In this document: in pieces, positions 60,483 to 64,000 of the stretch | How the letters are laid out: each line of letters opens with the position of its first letter | Position numbering within the stretch: the stretch's first letter is position 1 | Source of the DNA: an uncultured Gemmatimonadota bacterium | Lineage (GTDB): Bacteria; JAAXHH01 | DNA: 64,000 nt | Direction: 5' to 3' | Assembly: GCA_951812955.1 (NCBI GenBank) | Contig: OX638340.1 | Span: 3,552,001-3,616,000, forward strand | The notes under the pieces: generated by a model | What the model was told of the DNA's origin: nothing | Database searches by the model: none | The model's input: the letters and a program-made list of their open reading frames with translations, nothing else | Position numbers and translations under genes: made by a program

Positions 60483-63400
60483 ATGAGAACCATACCCGTC
60501 CTCCTGGCCGGCCTCATCGTGCTGTGTATCATATCCGCCTGTCAGACGACAGGGGTCCGCGAGCGCGTGGCGTTCCAGGCCGAACCAGTCGGCGAAGGTC
60601 AGGTGACCGCCGTGGTCGATTCCACGCGGATCCGGCAGACCATCACAGACCTGGTGTCCTTCGGTTCCCGCGTGGCCGGCTACCCAGGCGCCACCGAAGC
60701 GGCCCACTACCTGGCGGGCCGCATGGACGAGATCGGACTGGAGGACGTGGAGATGGAAGAGTTCGTCGCTTCCGTCCCGCTGGACGAGGGCGGCGAACTG
60801 GTCATCCTGGACGCCACGACCTTCGCAACCCCGTCGATTCCCCTCCACGCCGTGTGGCCCAACCTGGTACGCACTTCCACGACGCCACCGGCCGGGATCA
60901 CGGGCATGCTGCACTACGTGGGCGCCGGCGAATGGACGGACTTCAACGGCATCGATCCCACCGGCGCCGTCTTCCTGATGGACTTCAATTCCGGCGTGAA
61001 CTGGCAACGCGCCGCCATGCTCGGTGCGGGCGCCGTGATCTTCGCGGAACCCGACCACACCACGCGGGTGGACGGCGAGGAGAAATACCTCCAGGTCCCG
61101 GTCAATTTCCCTCGATTCTGGATGGAGAAGGAATGGGCCGGCCCACTCGTGGAGTATCTTGAAGTCAACGGTCCCTTCACCGTCAGGACAAAGGGGCGCA
61201 TGACGTGGAAACGCCTCCCGGCCTACAATGTTATGGGAAAGATCACGGGAACGCACCCTGTGCTGAAGGAAGAAGCCATCGTGCTGGAATCCTACTACGA
61301 TTCCATCTCTCCCGTGCCTGCCGTATCCCCCGGAGCGAACCAGGCATCGGGCGTGGCCGCGCTCCTGGAGATGGCCCGGTACTTCGCAGCCCATCCCCCG
61401 GCGCGCACCGTGTACTTTCTCGCGACCTCAGGGCACTTCCTGTCCCTCAGCGGCGTGAACGACTTCACGAACCGGCATACGCGCAAGACCCCCTATTTCG
61501 CGGAGCAGATCGAAGAACCGATCAACATGAAGCTCTTCGCCGGGATCGACCTCTCGAGCGCCCGGGACCAGATCGGTGTTTATTATGCCGGCATCCTCTT
61601 CGCCGGGAACTCCTTCGAAAAACAACGGTTTTTCACACCTTTCGGCCGGACCTTCATGGGTTACGCGCAGGAGGTGATCCGTCGCGGGGTTTTCCCTTCG
61701 GACGCGCTGATGAACGTGATTACGCCCTCCCAGGGCATACAGAGTACGGAGTTCTTTCCGGCGGGCAACATCGCGCTGGACGCGGAACTGGTCTTCTGGA
61801 CGGGTTTCCCCGCGCTCTCCTTTGCCACGGTTTTCGACGTCCGCGAGTACGTAGACACTCCCCTGGACGATATGGAACGGGTGAATATCCGCAACGTGTA
61901 TACGCAGGCCGTGCTGTTGACGGAACTATTCGGGCGGGCCGTCAACGACCCCATGCTGTTTCCGGACTTCAAGATGCAGCTCGACGATCGTTTCGTGCGC
62001 GGACGAATCCGGGTGGTCGAGTTCGATCCCCGGGAAGACTATATCCCCAGCAAGCCCAAGCCCGGAGCCGTGGTCCGGTTCCGCCGTTACAACAAGAGCA
62101 TCAGCGGGGTCAAGAACGAGATCTTCGTGGTGGCGGACAGCATGGGCGTAGCCGAAAGCACGGAGCTGGAGGCGGGACGCACCTATCCTACCGAGGGATA
62201 CGTCATGGATCCCGATACGGGGGACATCATCTACGCGCCGGACCGGGGTCCCTACGGGGAAGGAGCCTATCCCCTCGAGATTACGATGGACTGGGTGGAC
62301 AAGGAAAAGCCCACGGTAGTCTTCCGTTCCGATGCGACCAACCTGTATGACCTCGTGGATCCGAGGTTCCTTACCCGGCTCAACGAGGCCGTGCTGCTGG
62401 ATGAGTCGGGCAATCCGCCGCTCGAGTGGGGCATGACCTTTCAGGAGGGCGGCTGGACCACGGGTTTCTCCTACGAGGAAGACACGGCCGTCCTTTTCAC
62501 GCCGCCGGAAAGCCGGTTCAAGGTCACCATGTCGAGCGGACTGTTCGGCCGCCGCCTGATCCTTACCAACGCCGGTGAAGACCATCCGGAAGGCATCGGT
62601 TTCGAGTCGGGGATCGGCGCGATTCCCCTGACTTCCTACCAGGTCGCGCGGGACATGTGGCACCTCGACGAAGCGCGGATCGCCGCACTCAAATCCGTGG
62701 GGGTAAGCAACGTCCGGCTGGACGAGTTCCACCAGGAAGCCGGACGCCTGCTGGACCTGGCCGAATCGGCCCGTCAGGACCTGCAGTGGGACCGCTTCAT
62801 AAAGTACGCCCGGGCCGCCTGGGGTTACGAGTCCAGGGCCTACCCCGACGCGACGGGAACGGCCAACGACGTGGTGAGGGGCGTCCTGTTCTACATGGTA
62901 CTGGTGATTCCCTTCGCCTACGCGCTCGAGCGGCTGGTCTTCGGTTTCGCAAATGTCTACAAGCGGATCGCCATGTCCTTTGCCATCTTTCTCGCGGCCT
63001 ACGGCGTGCTTCGATTCACCCACCCGGCGTTCCAGATTACCACGGCGCCCGATATCGTCCTCCTCGCCTTTATAACTTTCGTCCTGGCCGCCGTGGTCAT
63101 CTGGCTCATCTCCCAGCGGTTCAGCCAGACCATGCGGGAGTTCCGGCAGCACACCCACAGCGTGCAGGCCACCGACGTGCGCCGTTCGAGCGCGCTGGCT
63201 ACGGCCTTCGCTCTCGGTATCGGGAACATGCGCAAGCGCAAGGCCCGGACGCTGCTGACCTGCGCCACGCTCGTACTCCTGGTATTCACCGTGCTGTCCT
63301 TTACTTCCGTACAGACCTACCTGCGGATCCAGAAAGTGAGCACGGACGCGGAATCCGTCTACACGGGTTTCCTGGTCAGGAACCCAAACTGGGCGCCGCT

Positions 63401-64000
63401 ACAGAAGCAGACGCACCAGTACGTGCTGTCGGAATTCGGGTCGACAGAGGCCGAAGACGAGGACATCACCATCGTGCCCAGGTCGTGGTACGCCGGCACC
63501 GCGCCGGGGGTGAATACCTACATCAAGGTCGAGCATGACGCCGCGGACAGTTCCGCCCGGTCCACCTACGCGTCGGCCATCCTGGGCCTGCTACCGGACG
63601 AGCGGACGGTCAGCGGCCTGGACCGTATCCTGACGGCGGGAAGGTGGTTCGAGGGGGATGAAAGGGACGTGTGCATCCTTCCCGTTGAGATGGCGCAGCT
63701 GCTCGGGATGTCGGAAGAGGACGCAGGTCAAAAGGAGATCAGGATCTTCGGCAAACCCTTTAAGGTCATTGGCCTATTCGACTCGGCCGCAATGGACAGG
63801 ATCACCGACCTGGACGACGAGCCGCTCACCCCCGTGGATTACACGGCGACGGGGCGCGACCTGATCACAGAACTTGCCATGATGGATTACGATGAGGAAC
63901 CGGTGCAAATGGCCCGATTCGAACACCTCCCGGCCGCGAATCTGATCCTTGCGCCCCATGCCTACGTAAACGACGTCGGGGGAACGCTCCGGTCCGTCGC
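60483..64000 (+). CDS. Large (>1170 aa, 3'-partial) lipoprotein. An M28-peptidase-like domain with substituted metal ligands is fused to FtsX/MacB-type permease modules.
   Basis: The frame is continuous from ATG 60483 to the window end with no stop, so it is absent from the ORF track. The N-terminus MRTIPVLLAGLIVLCIISAC resembles a lipobox. The M28-like core is SYYDSISPVPAVSPGANQASGVAALLEMARYF...FLATSGHF. Hydrophobic helices follow at about 785-870, then the FtsX TM1-like GIGNMRKRKARTLLTCATLVLLVFTVLSFTSVQ, then a periplasmic domain. Confidence 0.7.
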   Translation, partial: MRTIPVLLAGLIVLCIISACQTTGVRERVAFQAEPVGEGQVTAVVDSTRIRQTITDLVSFGSRVAGYPGATEAAHYLAGRMDEIGLEDVEMEEFVASVPLDEGGELVILDATTFATPSIPLHAVWPNLVRTSTTPPAGITGMLHYVGAGEWTDFNGIDPTGAVFLMDFNSGVNWQRAAMLGAGAVIFAEPDHTTRVDGEEKYLQVPVNFPRFWMEKEWAGPLVEYLEVNGPFTVRTKGRMTWKRLPAYNVMGKITGTHPVLKEEAIVLESYYDSISPVPAVSPGANQASGVAALLEMARYFAAHPPARTVYFLATSGHFLSLSGVNDFTNRHTRKTPYFAEQIEEPINMKLFAGIDLSSARDQIGVYYAGILFAGNSFEKQRFFTPFGRTFMGYAQEVIRRGVFPSDALMNVITPSQGIQSTEFFPAGNIALDAELVFWTGFPALSFATVFDVREYVDTPLDDMERVNIRNVYTQAVLLTELFGRAVNDPMLFPDFKMQLDDRFVRGRIRVVEFDPREDYIPSKPKPGAVVRFRRYNKSISGVKNEIFVVADSMGVAESTELEAGRTYPTEGYVMDPDTGDIIYAPDRGPYGEGAYPLEITMDWVDKEKPTVVFRSDATNLYDLVDPRFLTRLNEAVLLDESGNPPLEWGMTFQEGGWTTGFSYEEDTAVLFTPPESRFKVTMSSGLFGRRLILTNAGEDHPEGIGFESGIGAIPLTSYQVARDMWHLDEARIAALKSVGVSNVRLDEFHQEAGRLLDLAESARQDLQWDRFIKYARAAWGYESRAYPDATGTANDVVRGVLFYMVLVIPFAYALERLVFGFANVYKRIAMSFAIFLAAYGVLRFTHPAFQITTAPDIVLLAFITFVLAAVVIWLISQRFSQTMREFRQHTHSVQATDVRRSSALATAFALGIGNMRKRKARTLLTCATLVLLVFTVLSFTSVQTYLRIQKVSTDAESVYTGFLVRNPNWAPLQKQTHQYVLSEFGSTEAEDEDITIVPRSWYAGTAPGVNTYIKVEHDAADSSARSTYASAILGLLPDERTVSGLDRILTAGRWFEGDERDVCILPVEMAQLLGMSEEDAGQKEIRIFGKPFKVIGLFDSAAMDRITDLDDEPLTPVDYTATGRDLITELAMMDYDEEPVQMARFEHLPAANLILAPHAYVNDVGGTLRSV

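Noticed and set aside
61926-63158. A 410-aa minus-strand ORF, with a related 312-aa ORF at 60456..61394.
   Set aside because: Both lie antisense to the continuous M28-like/FtsX fusion frame, which has a lipoprotein signal and family motifs.

Overview
This is a high-GC (about 65%), gene-dense bacterial chromosomal segment of about 53 protein-coding genes, one tRNA and no rRNA. I saw no CRISPR array and no recognisable transposase or integrase. Because GC is so high, the six-frame track contains many long antisense ORFs that I reject. The correct frame was identified from family motifs, signal peptides, ribosome-binding sites and start/stop coupling.

Main blocks, left to right:
- 1-901 (minus strand): a partial secreted or outer-membrane protein.
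- 1407-13682 (plus strand): a 12-kb co-directional cluster. It holds a Tat-signal HisC-family aminotransferase, a membrane-anchored alpha/beta hydrolase, a nitroreductase, a DapA-family lyase, a second HisC-like aminotransferase, a class-III aminotransferase, a short NAD-binding protein, an enolase-superfamily (galactonate-dehydratase-like) enzyme, a lipoprotein-type protein-L-isoaspartate methyltransferase, and a fused MFS/spermidine-synthase-like membrane protein.
- 13754-25442 (minus strand): a SpoIIE/PP2C phosphatase with HAMP domain, a creatininase-family hydrolase, three tandem luciferase-like (LLM) flavin oxidoreductase paralogs, a nucleoside 2-deoxyribosyltransferase-like protein, two HpcH/HpaI aldolases flanking an Ldh2-family dehydrogenase, and a Tat-secreted PhoX/DUF839-like protein.
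- 25601-35954: a DMT transporter, a double-FtsX permease, a Gfo/Idh/MocA oxidoreductase, initiator tRNA-fMet plus terminator, a TPP enzyme, a proline-rich lipoprotein, two SDRs and a PhyH dioxygenase.
- 36263-46586: thyX and RNase HIII, then a GH51 arabinofuranosidase with two duplicated sugar-binding proteins and two permeases, then two secreted hypothetical proteins.
- 46842-60332: a radical SAM protein carrying an in-frame 57-bp tandem repeat, two cyclophilins, an MFS transporter, rho, OppC/OppB-like permeases with N-terminal extensions, a TupB/TupC-like ABC pair, and a second PhyH dioxygenase.
- 60483 to the window end: a >1170-codon ORF that is missing from the ORF track because it has no stop in the window. 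It fuses a lipoprotein signal, an M28-peptidase-like domain that has lost all metal ligands, and FtsX/MacB-type permease modules. I consider this the most novel item.

Several intergenic tandem or direct repeat arrays lie at 4055-4120, 6861-7003, 29113-29190, 39855-39947, 44576-44660 and 59216-59345.
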